Assembly: GCA_038046805.1 (NCBI GenBank)
Contig: JBBSVO010000003.1
Coordinates: 93,963-157,962, forward strand
DNA length: 64,000 bases
Source of the DNA: Candidatus Micrarchaeota archaeon
Lineage (GTDB): Archaea > Micrarchaeota > Micrarchaeia > Anstonellales > Bilamarchaeaceae
Reading direction: 5' to 3'
In this document: positions 35,992-44,856 of the stretch, in pieces
Layout of the letters: each line of letters opens with the position of its first letter
How positions within the stretch are numbered: the stretch's first letter is position 1
Translations under genes and position numbers: made by a program
Notes under the pieces: model-generated
What the model was told of the DNA's origin: nothing
Seen by the model: the letters and a program-made list of their open reading frames with translations, nothing else
Databases searched by the model: none

Positions 35992-37070
35992 CAGACCAGA
36001 AGACGCGGTCAATAGTGATTGTAGCGATTATATTCCTGATAGTACTCTTTGGATGCCTGCAACAGGCAGGAAATGAAATTTCAAAAGAAAAAGCAAAGGA
36101 AAAATCCGGCGAAAAAGATAAGGTCAATGAAAACGAGGATATGACTCCGCTTCCGGAAATCGGATCGCAAACTGAAACAGAATCACAGACAACGACCGAG
36201 ACCAAACCACCGACGGAATTTAACCCGAAATCATTTGGCAACCCAAATCCGAGAAGCGTCCAGCCACATCCCGAACAATGTTGCAATCATCCATATTATC
36301 ATTATATAGTTAGTGCAGGTTCCGATAATGGATTAAATTGGCAGGAAGACAGCATAGACACCGTGATCCGCGACCATGCAAGCGTTCCGGATTATGCAAT
36401 ACTTGACGATGGAACGCACATGCTCTATTTTGTTGACGGAGTTTACGACACGCTTGGCTGTATGGAATCAAAAGATGGTAAAACATTTGTTGAAGTTGAG
36501 TGCAGAATTTACAATTTTACAAAAGAAAAAGTCTGGGACCCGAACGTGGTAAGCATAGGAAACAGCACCTATCGCCTGTTTTTCTTTTCTCCGGAATTTG
36601 AACCAGGGATGGGGCAACCAAATGGGTTTGATCAGCCAAAAAATAGAATATTCAGCGCAATCTCAAAGAACGGAAAGGATTGGCTTATGGAATCTGGGGT
36701 TAGGTATGAGGATATTTCTATAACAGATCCTTCAGTCATCAAAAGAACTGATGGGACATGGTATATGTTTGTTTCACATGGAAATACGATCATCCAGGCC
36801 GAAAGCAGCGACGGATTAACATTCAAACGATTGCAGGAAATAAACACAATTGGGGGGGTTCCGGACGTAACACAAATCAATGGCAAATATTACCTGTTCA
36901 CGTGTGCAAATGGAATAAGTTACTCGATTTCAGATAATCTCGTGGATTGGAGCAAACTAAAAAACGCGATAAAACCATGGGGTGGTGGAGTGATTTGCGA
37001 CCCAACTGTTGAGAAGACAAATGAAGGATATATGATGTTTTTGAAAAGAATGGGAATGAATAAACAATAG
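35988..37070 (+). CDS. secreted lipoprotein-like protein, possible beta-propeller glycoside-hydrolase-like fold
   Basis: N-terminal anchor ...LFGC and a Thr/Glu/Pro linker, then repeated W/Y-rich blades (WDPNVV, YRLFFF, WYMFVSHG). Fold assignment is tentative. Confidence 0.4.
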   Translation: MTDQKTRSIVIVAIIFLIVLFGCLQQAGNEISKEKAKEKSGEKDKVNENEDMTPLPEIGSQTETESQTTTETKPPTEFNPKSFGNPNPRSVQPHPEQCCNHPYYHYIVSAGSDNGLNWQEDSIDTVIRDHASVPDYAILDDGTHMLYFVDGVYDTLGCMESKDGKTFVEVECRIYNFTKEKVWDPNVVSIGNSTYRLFFFSPEFEPGMGQPNGFDQPKNRIFSAISKNGKDWLMESGVRYEDISITDPSVIKRTDGTWYMFVSHGNTIIQAESSDGLTFKRLQEINTIGGVPDVTQINGKYYLFTCANGISYSISDNLVDWSKLKNAIKPWGGGVICDPTVEKTNEGYMMFLKRMGMNKQ

Positions 37071-37128
37071 AATCAAAGAAAAAACAGAAAAAGAAAAAAT
37101 TCAAAAAAAATAAAGAAAGAACCCTGGT

Positions 37129-37383
37129 CTACTTTTCCGGCATTGTGATTGCATTATCCGTGCTTTCAAACGAGAAATCTGGCTCCTCAATTATCGGAAG
37201 CTCATCCTCGCTTAGTTCAAGAGGCGGAAGGGAAGAGGAAGCAGATGGCGTTTTTGTTGAGCTGCCAGCCACGCCCGAAGCACCCGTTTTCCCAATCTGC
37301 CCGATGCAACCAAACAGCACCATTGCAAAGGCTACCAATACTACAACCACAAGTAGTGTTTTCATAAAAGACACCTTAGACAC
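37129..37383 (-). CDS. small secreted/lipobox protein
   Basis: 84 aa. Signal anchor ending LFGC, then a Ser/Gly-rich linker. Confidence 0.45.
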   Translation of the reverse strand: MSKVSFMKTLLVVVVLVAFAMVLFGCIGQIGKTGASGVAGSSTKTPSASSSLPPLELSEDELPIIEEPDFSFESTDNAITMPEK

Positions 37384-37389
37384 TGCGTG

Positions 37390-38370
37390 CTACTGCAATA
37401 CTCCGCCTTCAGGAGGCGCAGGTCCAGTAAAATTCTGACCGACTTCAACCTGTGTGGCAGCTGCGGCCGGACCTTGGGTAATCTTCTTATAAAGTACCCT
37501 CAGTTTTTGTGCTGCATCCTTTAGCTCCTTGACAACAGTTTCGAAATCTCCCTGGTCATAAGCTTTTCCAGGCATTGTTTTGCCGGTTACATCCGCAAGC
37601 AATGCACGAATACTTTCCACATCTTCGTCGTATCCCATCGCAACCGCACGATCATTCATTTTTGAAAGAACTGCATCTATTGAAGCGATTTGATATCTTG
37701 CCCAGACATGGAGATGCCTTTGCCTGAGTTCTTTTTCCTTTTCAATTACTTTTTGACCATCTCCGGTAGATACAGCATCTTCCAGCTCAGATACTTTCTC
37801 ATCGGCCTCTGAAACAACATCACTCATATTGGTTGTGTCGATTCCCTTTTCTTTCAGTTTATTTATCCTCTCAAGCTGTTTTGCTCTCCATTCCTTTACA
37901 TAATCAACTTGAGCATTCCCTACATGAAGCGCGTTCTCTCGAAGACACTCTGCCATAGTCTGCTTGTTTTCAACAAAACTCTTCCTGAGAGCAAGACGCA
38001 TATCCTTGTCTTTTCTGACCGCGTTCTTTACGTCATTATAGGTCAGGACAACATCTTTACCGTCTTGCAAGAGCAGTTGCATTGCATCAAGGAAACCTTT
38101 TCGGTCGCCATTCTCTGCAGCAGATTTCAATGTTACAAGATCCGTACCAATCTTTTCCCGTAATGCATCAACGCTTATATTGTACTTTGTTCCAAGACCA
38201 ATGTCTTTTGCATCCTGCAGAATGCCATCATAAAATAAGGCCCTGCAAGCAACCTGACCGTATTTTGCGACTAGTACATCGTTCTTGAGTTCCTTAAGCG
38301 CACCACCTTGCGCCATCACAAGCATGGAAAGCGCAAAAAACGCAAACACAAATTTCAACCCACTGTTCAT
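37390..38370 (-). CDS. secreted alpha-helical hypothetical protein
   Basis: The ATG at 38370 gives MNSGLKFVFAFFALSMLVMAQG signal peptide. The longer ORF-track start at 38499 adds a non-signal extension. Confidence 0.5.
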   Translation of the reverse strand: MNSGLKFVFAFFALSMLVMAQGGALKELKNDVLVAKYGQVACRALFYDGILQDAKDIGLGTKYNISVDALREKIGTDLVTLKSAAENGDRKGFLDAMQLLLQDGKDVVLTYNDVKNAVRKDKDMRLALRKSFVENKQTMAECLRENALHVGNAQVDYVKEWRAKQLERINKLKEKGIDTTNMSDVVSEADEKVSELEDAVSTGDGQKVIEKEKELRQRHLHVWARYQIASIDAVLSKMNDRAVAMGYDEDVESIRALLADVTGKTMPGKAYDQGDFETVVKELKDAAQKLRVLYKKITQGPAAAATQVEVGQNFTGPAPPEGGVLQ

Positions 38371-38508
38371 ATTTTTCACCCGCAGGCCAATCGCCAGCAA
38401 AATACATTGCGAACCGCCCCTATTTATATAAACTGTCGAAAAACTTTGGAAAAGCTTTTTTTTTGGAATGGGAGAAGAATTAAAAAGGCTGATTTCCATT
38501 CGTATGTC

Positions 38509-39243
38509 ATGCGGACAATTGTTGCAGTACTCTTGATTCTCACTTTACTACATGCTACCACAGTATATGGAGAAATTTATGATGGGGAGGAGTTTGAACT
38601 CTTAAACAACGCAGTGATAAAGGTATCTGGACTAACAACCCTTCAACTTGTTGCCAATGAGAATTACAGTATTGAACTTGAACCGGGAGAGTATCAGGTA
38701 ACAACGCGATTCTACGAGAATGGAACAATGAAATATTATTCAAAGGACAAAGTAACTGCAGCTGGAAACGAAACAAGATTTGATATAGTTGTTTTCCCCG
38801 TAGATCCGCAACTAATAGATGATTTTGATATAGATATCCCGATACCACATCAACCAGGACTGGGAGGAACTAACTTATTCAAGAGTGAATTAGACGAGAT
38901 TCTGTTCCTTGTAGTGATTGCAACTCTGGTTGGAATAATGTTATTTTTCTTACTCAAAAAGACGGAAAGAACGGAATTGAATTCGGAAAACGGCGAGGGG
39001 GTAAAGATACCTGTGGAAAGCCAAGGATTCGAACCAGAGAAAGAGTATGAAATTGACGAGGACGGAAAGCGCGTGCTGAAGATTCTTGGTGAAAACGAAG
39101 GTAGGATGATACAAAAAGAATTGCGGAACATAATGAATTTTTCAGAGACAAAAATGAGCCTGGTGATTTCCGAACTTGAAGCATGCGGATTGGTGAAGAG
39201 AATAAAAAAAGGAAGGGAGAATATACTTAAGCTTGTAAAATAA
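38509..39243 (+). CDS. membrane-anchored wHTH regulator-like protein
   Basis: The ATG at 38509 gives a signal/anchor, an extracytoplasmic beta-rich domain and one TM helix. C-terminal wHTH: MIQKELRNIMNFSETKMSLVISELEACGLVKRIKKG. Confidence 0.55.
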   Translation: MRTIVAVLLILTLLHATTVYGEIYDGEEFELLNNAVIKVSGLTTLQLVANENYSIELEPGEYQVTTRFYENGTMKYYSKDKVTAAGNETRFDIVVFPVDPQLIDDFDIDIPIPHQPGLGGTNLFKSELDEILFLVVIATLVGIMLFFLLKKTERTELNSENGEGVKIPVESQGFEPEKEYEIDEDGKRVLKILGENEGRMIQKELRNIMNFSETKMSLVISELEACGLVKRIKKGRENILKLVK

Positions 39244-39275
39244 AAGATTGAAATAAAGGAACGAAACGTGATATT

Positions 39276-40391
39276 ATGAAACACACGATTGCGACATTGG
39301 GGAGTCATTCCGCGCTTGACGTATGCGAAGGCGCGATGCAGGAAGGTTTTGGCACTCTTGTAGCAGCTCAACGGGGGAGGGAGAAAACCTATCTCGGATA
39401 CTACAAAAAAAGAAAGCGTGGGAAGGGAAAGAATGCGGAAACCGTAGGAGTAATTGACGAAGTCCTTCTCCTGAATAAATTTTCAGACATCACACAGGCG
39501 GAAAAAATAAATTTCATGAAAAAACGGAATTGTATATTTGTTCCGAACCGCTCGTTTTCCGTATACGTTGGCTATGATGCGATTGAGAACACGAAGGTAT
39601 TTCCTATACCTATTTTCGGAAACCGCTATCTTCTTAGGGCGGAAGAGCGGGATGCTGAAAAAAACCAGTATTATCTGATGGAAAAGGCGGGAATACGGTA
39701 TCCGAAAACGATCAGCTCTCCTGAGAAGATTGACAGGCTTTGCATAGTAAAAGTAAGCGAAGCAAAGCGAAGTTACGAACGCGCGTTTTTCCTTGCATCT
39801 AATCCAGAGGAATATGCAACAAAAAGTGCGCAGCATTTGCGTGAAGGGAAGATAACCCGCGAAGGGCTTGCAAAGGCACGAATAGAAGAATTCGTAATTG
39901 GCGCGCAATTCAATCTCAACTTTTTCTACTCACCAGTTCATGAAGAGCTTGAACTGCTCGGACTGGACACAAGGCGCCAGACCAACCTTGACGGCCTGCT
40001 CAGAATGCCAGCGGACGTCCAGCTTGAGGCACTAAAGAGCATGCACCCGAGAAATATAGAAGTCGGACATATCGCCTGCACGATCCGCGAATCATTGCTT
40101 GAGCAGGTGTTTGATTTGGGCGAACGATTCGTGGATGCAGTTCAGAAAGAGCCTAAATACAAGGCAGGTCTCATCGGTCCGTTTGCGCTCCAATGCGCGA
40201 TTACCGAAGAGGACGGGAAGGAAGATTTCGTCTGCTTTGACATTTCGTTCCGTATGCCTGGTTCCCCTGGAACGCGGTTCACACCGTATTCGGAATATTT
40301 ATTCGGAAAATCCGTTTCGTTCGGAAGAAGAATTGCGATGGAAATAAAAAAAGCGGAAAGAGAGAAGATGATTGGAAAGGTAACTACGTAA
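39276..40391 (+). CDS. purP: 5-formaminoimidazole-4-carboxamide ribonucleotide (FAICAR) synthetase PurP, paralog 1
   Basis: N-terminal IATLGSHSALDV and ATP-grasp layout characteristic of archaeal PurP. Confidence 0.8.
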   Translation: MKHTIATLGSHSALDVCEGAMQEGFGTLVAAQRGREKTYLGYYKKRKRGKGKNAETVGVIDEVLLLNKFSDITQAEKINFMKKRNCIFVPNRSFSVYVGYDAIENTKVFPIPIFGNRYLLRAEERDAEKNQYYLMEKAGIRYPKTISSPEKIDRLCIVKVSEAKRSYERAFFLASNPEEYATKSAQHLREGKITREGLAKARIEEFVIGAQFNLNFFYSPVHEELELLGLDTRRQTNLDGLLRMPADVQLEALKSMHPRNIEVGHIACTIRESLLEQVFDLGERFVDAVQKEPKYKAGLIGPFALQCAITEEDGKEDFVCFDISFRMPGSPGTRFTPYSEYLFGKSVSFGRRIAMEIKKAEREKMIGKVTT

Positions 40392-40439
40392 AATAAGGTA
40401 AGTGAACTACCCACGGCTGAAGCCGTGGGCTTCCACGAC

Positions 40440-40913
40440 TCAAAAGAAAGCAGATAGTTGCGCCTGTTTTGCTTCCTCCCTTGCGTCGTAAATTGACTGG
40501 TTTAATTCCTTGAACTTATGCCCTTCAATGTAATGCCCTATGGTATCTGATTTTACGTTGCTTATGCTCCTGCAAAACTTTCCGGGAGACCAGAAATGTC
40601 CTTTCCCGAATACGTTTCTCAGCCATGGAAAAGCGGCAAAAACCGAATGGCTTGACCTGCCCTTGAAAAGCCTCATGGCTTCTGACGGACTCGTATTGAA
40701 TGGCAGGGAAACGAAAAGATGCACGTGCTCGGAGGCAATTTCCATGGAGTGAATCAAAATATTGTATTGGTGGGCAGTGTTAATTATGCTCTGCCACAAA
40801 AACCGTTTCACATCACCAACCATTACTGCTTTTCTGTATTTCGGGCACCACTCAAGATGAAACTGATTTAAACCCACGCTCCTATTACTTGATACAAAGC
40901 TTACGCTAGTCAT
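40440..40913 (-). CDS. tnpA: IS200/IS605 family Y1 (HUH) transposase TnpA
   Basis: 157 aa. LEWCPKYRK..., HUH motif HVHLFV, FKGRSS, WSPGKF, and catalytic Tyr region IGHYIEGH. Confidence 0.85.
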   Translation of the reverse strand: MTSVSFVSSNRSVGLNQFHLEWCPKYRKAVMVGDVKRFLWQSIINTAHQYNILIHSMEIASEHVHLFVSLPFNTSPSEAMRLFKGRSSHSVFAAFPWLRNVFGKGHFWSPGKFCRSISNVKSDTIGHYIEGHKFKELNQSIYDAREEAKQAQLSAFF

Positions 40914-40935
40914 TTCAACAACTCCGTAGCCGTCT

Positions 40936-40995
40936 TGTCAAGAACGACGAATCGTTCTTGATCATGCTCGTGAACGAAACGTCGTTCACGACATC
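40936..40995 (+). repeat. tandem-hairpin module type A, copy next to the tnpA start
   Basis: TGTC-AAGAACGA-CGAA-TCGTTCTT-GATCATGCTC-GTGAACGA-AACG-TCGTTCAC-GACATC. Begins 23 nt from the tnpA ATG. Confidence 0.8.
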
Positions 40996-41114
40996 TCTTG
41001 GAAGGTTGTGCGCCGCCTGCGGCGGCGCGCCGGCTACAGGGCATAAAAACAGTGAAAAAATAAGAAGAAAACGAATTTTTGACATAAAAAAAGAAGGGGG
41101 TCGCTTTCATCTAC

Positions 41115-41170
41115 GCGAATGAACGGCGCTCCGTTCATTGCGCCCATTGTTCGAGCCGTCGAACAATCGG
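41115..41170 (+). repeat. hairpin pair related to type B modules
   Basis: GCGAATGAACGG-CGCT-CCGTTCATTGCGC followed by CCATTGTTCGA-GCCG-TCGAACAATCGG. A GC-only hairpin, GCGCCGCC-TGC-GGCGGCGC, lies at 41010-41028. Confidence 0.6.
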
Positions 41171-41194
41171 GACGGCTAAAGCCGTGTTGCTGAG

Positions 41195-41548
41195 TTGTTT
41201 CTGGGTCAGGTTTCCCGCGCCCCCCTTAAACCCCCTCGACTAAATTGGGGTGCAATCATATTATTTCTATTGGCATGGGCAATATCAATAAGTCCAGCGA
41301 TAGAAAGCATGCTTGGCAAAGAAGTCCGGTATAATCCGTTTGACCTGGAAAAAAATTGGCAAAGACACGTGATTGGCATTGGTTTTATTCTGGCTGCGTT
41401 TTATTATAATTTTTCTCAATTCGAATCCAGGCTCGGATTAAAAACAGGTCCATTTGACATGGGCATACTCTTTTTCGGAGCATTCGCTGTGGTCGCATAT
41501 ATCCTAAATGAATGGATTGTGATGATATCGACAAATGAATTTGCCTAG
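41195..41548 (+). CDS. small membrane protein (hypothetical), start uncertain
   Basis: 117-aa ORF with three hydrophobic helices. The ORF-track start is TTG. Confidence 0.4.
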   Translation: MFLGQVSRAPLKPPRLNWGAIILFLLAWAISISPAIESMLGKEVRYNPFDLEKNWQRHVIGIGFILAAFYYNFSQFESRLGLKTGPFDMGILFFGAFAVVAYILNEWIVMISTNEFA

Positions 41549-41557
41549 TTCGTTCAA

Positions 41558-41962
41558 TTAATTCCCAACCGCATTAATTACTGCTTCTCCAAGAATTCTC
41601 AGCGCTTTTCTGGGCTTATCTACATTCATGGCAAATATCCCATGGTCACTGTCGCTTGAGACTAGATGAACATTCTCAATATTCACCCGATTCTGGGAAA
41701 GTTTTGAAGTCAGTGAATTTATTCCTCCAAGAACATTGCCTACCCGTACAAACAGCGTATCGGATTCCGAAACATTGTAGCCGCTTTCGCGCAATGAAGA
41801 TGAAGCTTTTTGAGCATCCTTGAGAGTAAGTGAAATAATCGCATCCCCGCCAACAACATCAACGCTAACACCATCTATGTTTATGTTTCGTTTTCCAAGG
41901 ATATAAGAAATATCCGCAAGCAAACCAACCTTGTCCTTGGAAACTACTGTTATTGTCTTCAT
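41558..41962 (-). CDS. ACT domain-containing protein (two ACT repeats)
   Basis: VVSKDKVGLLADISYILGKRNINI and VGNVLGGINSLTSKLSQNRVNI are ACT beta-alpha-beta signatures. Confidence 0.7.
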   Translation of the reverse strand: MKTITVVSKDKVGLLADISYILGKRNINIDGVSVDVVGGDAIISLTLKDAQKASSSLRESGYNVSESDTLFVRVGNVLGGINSLTSKLSQNRVNIENVHLVSSDSDHGIFAMNVDKPRKALRILGEAVINAVGN

Positions 41963-42031
41963 ACGATCACCCTCCAGTAAAATGCACCATGTATCCTAAT
42001 CACTCAAAAATGGCATGCAACCGCATGCCTG

Positions 42032-42373
42032 TCAAATAATACTTGCCACGTCACTTGTTATCGAATCAAGGCTTCTGAAAATTTCATAGCCACTATCATC
42101 TTTTGTGGAAACAAGGGCTCGTACCTTGGCTCTATTGAGCATCTTCAAAACCCGCACGCGCTCTTGAGTATCTAGTTCGGATACCACACCTCTTCGCAAA
42201 ACACTTCTTATCCGCTTTGCGACATCCACAACCCGTCCGCCAGTCTTGGACGGAAAATCTGCATCCACATAGCGTTCTAGTTCAGATGCAAGGTTAAGAA
42301 ATTCCGTTCTTCTGGCAAATTGAGGCGTTTCTAAACCCAAAAATTCCTTCAGAACTCCAAACATATTCCCCAC
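42032..42373 (-). CDS. hypothetical protein
   Basis: 113-aa ORF with no recognised motif. Confidence 0.4.
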   Translation of the reverse strand: MGNMFGVLKEFLGLETPQFARRTEFLNLASELERYVDADFPSKTGGRVVDVAKRIRSVLRRGVVSELDTQERVRVLKMLNRAKVRALVSTKDDSGYEIFRSLDSITSDVASII

Positions 42374-42471
42374 CCCAGGGGGATTAACAATGTGAACTAT
42401 ATATAGTTTACGTTCAAAAAAATGTGAGAAATAACATAAGGCATATAAAGATTATGTTATAATACACACTT

Positions 42472-42978
42472 ATGACACGAAAAATAGGTAAAATATTCGG
42501 AAATTACGATGAGTTTGACTTTCTTATATTAAAGGAACTGAGAAACCAGGCCAAAATCCCGATTCGCTCGCTTGCTAACAAGACCGGCTTGCACCCAAAT
42601 ACTCTTTTGCAGAGAATAAAAAAACTTGAGAAAGATGGGATTATAGTAAAATATGCTGCGGAATTGAACTATGCAAAGCTCGGCTTTGACCTGCACGCGA
42701 TAATATTTATCGAAGTAACCCACAAGGCACACAAAGAATGGGATGTGGCAAAAGAACTGGGGAGCATACCTGAGATTCTGGCGCTTTATTCCATAACCGG
42801 GGATTATGACATAGTCGCGATAGTGAAAACAAAAAACAACGAAAGCCTCTCAAAGATTATACGGGAACTTAGTAAAAGAGATTATATAACCAGAACGTAT
42901 ACCCATGTCGTTCTATATGCATACAAGCACAGCTATGAGTTTAATCCGTTTAATGGAATGATGATAACTGAGAGATAG
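42472..42978 (+). CDS. Lrp/AsnC family transcriptional regulator
   Basis: HTH ILKELRNQAKIPIRSLANKTGLHPNTLLQRIKKLEKDGII plus a C-terminal RAM domain. Confidence 0.85.
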   Translation: MTRKIGKIFGNYDEFDFLILKELRNQAKIPIRSLANKTGLHPNTLLQRIKKLEKDGIIVKYAAELNYAKLGFDLHAIIFIEVTHKAHKEWDVAKELGSIPEILALYSITGDYDIVAIVKTKNNESLSKIIRELSKRDYITRTYTHVVLYAYKHSYEFNPFNGMMITER

Positions 42979-43034
42979 ACGCCACACCGGCAGAGATTGT
43001 TGGATTTTTAACCATTTCGCTTCACAGATAGTAT

Positions 43035-44084
43035 ATGGCTCTAAAGGACAAAATATCAGATATATTAGACAGTTACAGGAATTTCACGATTGCAACGATT
43101 TGTTCTCATTCTTCATTGCAGATTTTTCATGGCGCACGGCAGGAAGGGATTAAAACAATTGGAATCGTGCGAAAGGACAGAAAAACACTTTACGAGTCGT
43201 TTCCATATGGAAAGCCAGATGAATTTATTGTAGTTGACGACTACTCAAAATTCCCTGTGAACGAACTCGTTGCAAAAAACGCAATTGTTGTGCCGCACGG
43301 ATCCTTTGTCGAATATGTTGGCGAAAAAGTAGACAACCTGGCTGTGCCGATATACGGAAATCGCGCATCACTCGCATGGGAAAGAAGCAGGGAAAAAATG
43401 TTCGAATGGATGCATAAAGCAGGGGTAAAAACCCCAAGGATTCTGAAGCCAGAAGAAATAGATGGCCCAGCACTTGTAAAATTTCCAGGGGCCAAAGGCG
43501 GAAAAGGATATTTTATTGTTAATTCGCAAAAGGAATTCGAGGAGAGAATGCGCGAAACTGGAAACACCGAATATATGATACAGGAGTTCATCATAGGCGT
43601 GCGGGCATACCCCCATTTTTTCTTTACTCCGTTCGGAAACAGCGGATACAAAACAGCAAGGGGAAGAATAGAACTTTTGGGAATGGACAAACGCGTTGAA
43701 AGCAGTGCTGACGAAATAGCACGTGCGGTTTCAGTAGGACTTAAACCACGACTTTCATTCACAGTGACTGGTAATGAACCAATCGTCCTTAGAGAATCTC
43801 TCCTTTCAGATTACATGGAAATCGGCAGGAAGATAAGTGACACGTCATTTGACCTGTTTGGAGGAATGTTTGGCCCATATTGTGTTGAAACAATAATCAA
43901 TGACGACTTGGAGATATTTGCCTTTGAAATAAGCGCGAGAATCGTTGCCGGGACAAATGTTTACCCGGAGGGTTCCCCGTATTCTATCTATTATCACAAA
44001 GAACCGATGAGTATGGGCAGAAGAATCGCAAAAGAACTAAAGAATGCAAAGAAAAAAGGAAAGCTCTCGGAAATAGTATTTTAG
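43035..44084 (+). CDS. purP: PurP-family ATP-grasp protein, paralog 2
   Basis: N-terminal IATICSHSSLQIFHGARQEGI and overall colinearity with 39276-40391. Confidence 0.75.
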   Translation: MALKDKISDILDSYRNFTIATICSHSSLQIFHGARQEGIKTIGIVRKDRKTLYESFPYGKPDEFIVVDDYSKFPVNELVAKNAIVVPHGSFVEYVGEKVDNLAVPIYGNRASLAWERSREKMFEWMHKAGVKTPRILKPEEIDGPALVKFPGAKGGKGYFIVNSQKEFEERMRETGNTEYMIQEFIIGVRAYPHFFFTPFGNSGYKTARGRIELLGMDKRVESSADEIARAVSVGLKPRLSFTVTGNEPIVLRESLLSDYMEIGRKISDTSFDLFGGMFGPYCVETIINDDLEIFAFEISARIVAGTNVYPEGSPYSIYYHKEPMSMGRRIAKELKNAKKKGKLSEIVF

Positions 44085-44115
44085 ATAAAATGCACTCAAA
44101 CAATCATAAGTAAAA

Positions 44116-44838
44116 ATGCTTCTTTTCATAAGGCATATCATGGACAACGAGAGAAAACCATCTCATATTGCGATAATCCCTGATGGAAATCGCAGATGGG
44201 GCGAATTGCAGGGCATTACAAAGCAAGAGGCGTATGCAACAGGCATAAGAAAAATTGGCGATATCGCAAAATGGTGCAGGGACGAAGGCATCCATATGCT
44301 GACTATGTGGGGTTTCAGCTCAGAGAACTTTGAGCGAGACTCCGCGGAGATCGGCGGGTTGTTCGAACTTTTCAAGAAAAATCTTATAGATATTCTTACG
44401 AGCAATGGGAAAGAAAAACAACAGATACGTGTTCGGTTTTTAGGCCGAATCGGAAAATTCCCCAAGGCAGTGCAGGAACTGATGAAAAAAGTTGAGCAGG
44501 AGACTGCGGGCAATTCGGAATACCAGCTCAATCTTCTTTTATCGTACGGTGGAAGAGACGAGATCATTGACGCAGTCAAGGAGATAATACAAAGCGGGAA
44601 AAAAGCGGAAGAAATCGATGAGAAAACAATCGCAGAACATCTTTACACGCGCGGGCTTCCTGATCCAGATCTGATAATACGTACATCGGGTGAACTGCGC
44701 CTCAGCGGGCTTATGCCCTGGCAAACGGTTTATAGCGAGCTTTACTTCTGCAAAAAACTCTGGCCGGATTTTGCAAAAGAGGATTTTCTTGATGCGCTTT
44801 CAGACTATGCAAAGAGAAGGAGAAGATTTGGGAAATAA
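44116..44838 (+). CDS. uppS: cis-prenyltransferase (undecaprenyl/tritrans,polycis-polyprenyl diphosphate synthase)
   Basis: HIAIIPDGNRRW, SSENFER, RTSGELRLSG and the C-terminal RRFG motif. Confidence 0.85.
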   Translation: MLLFIRHIMDNERKPSHIAIIPDGNRRWGELQGITKQEAYATGIRKIGDIAKWCRDEGIHMLTMWGFSSENFERDSAEIGGLFELFKKNLIDILTSNGKEKQQIRVRFLGRIGKFPKAVQELMKKVEQETAGNSEYQLNLLLSYGGRDEIIDAVKEIIQSGKKAEEIDEKTIAEHLYTRGLPDPDLIIRTSGELRLSGLMPWQTVYSELYFCKKLWPDFAKEDFLDALSDYAKRRRRFGK

Positions 44839-44856
44839 CCAGACATGGATTAATGG

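Larger units (their letters stand above)
40405..41190 (-). mobile_element. IS200/IS605-family element (tnpA only); boundaries approximate
   Basis: tnpA is flanked by similar subterminal hairpins in the same orientation: CCCACGGC-TGAA-GCCGTGGG (40410-40429) and GACGGC-TAAA-GCCGTG (41171-41186). It lies between purP stop and the next ORF. Confidence 0.6.

Noticed and set aside
37390-38508. Overlapping N-terminal extensions of the divergent ORFs 37390-38499 and 38308-39243
   Set aside because: Internal ATGs at 38370 and 38509 give clean signal peptides and remove the mutual overlap. The extensions are basic low-complexity read-through of the shared promoter region.
40910-41110. ORF 40910-41110 (-), 66 aa, upstream of tnpA
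   Set aside because: It is made up of the hairpin modules and a GC-only palindrome. It is more plausibly the non-coding end of the IS element.
29065-41186. Hairpin repeats considered as a CRISPR array
   Set aside because: The copies are dispersed over kilobases, are not separated by uniform unique spacers, differ in sequence, and no cas genes are present.
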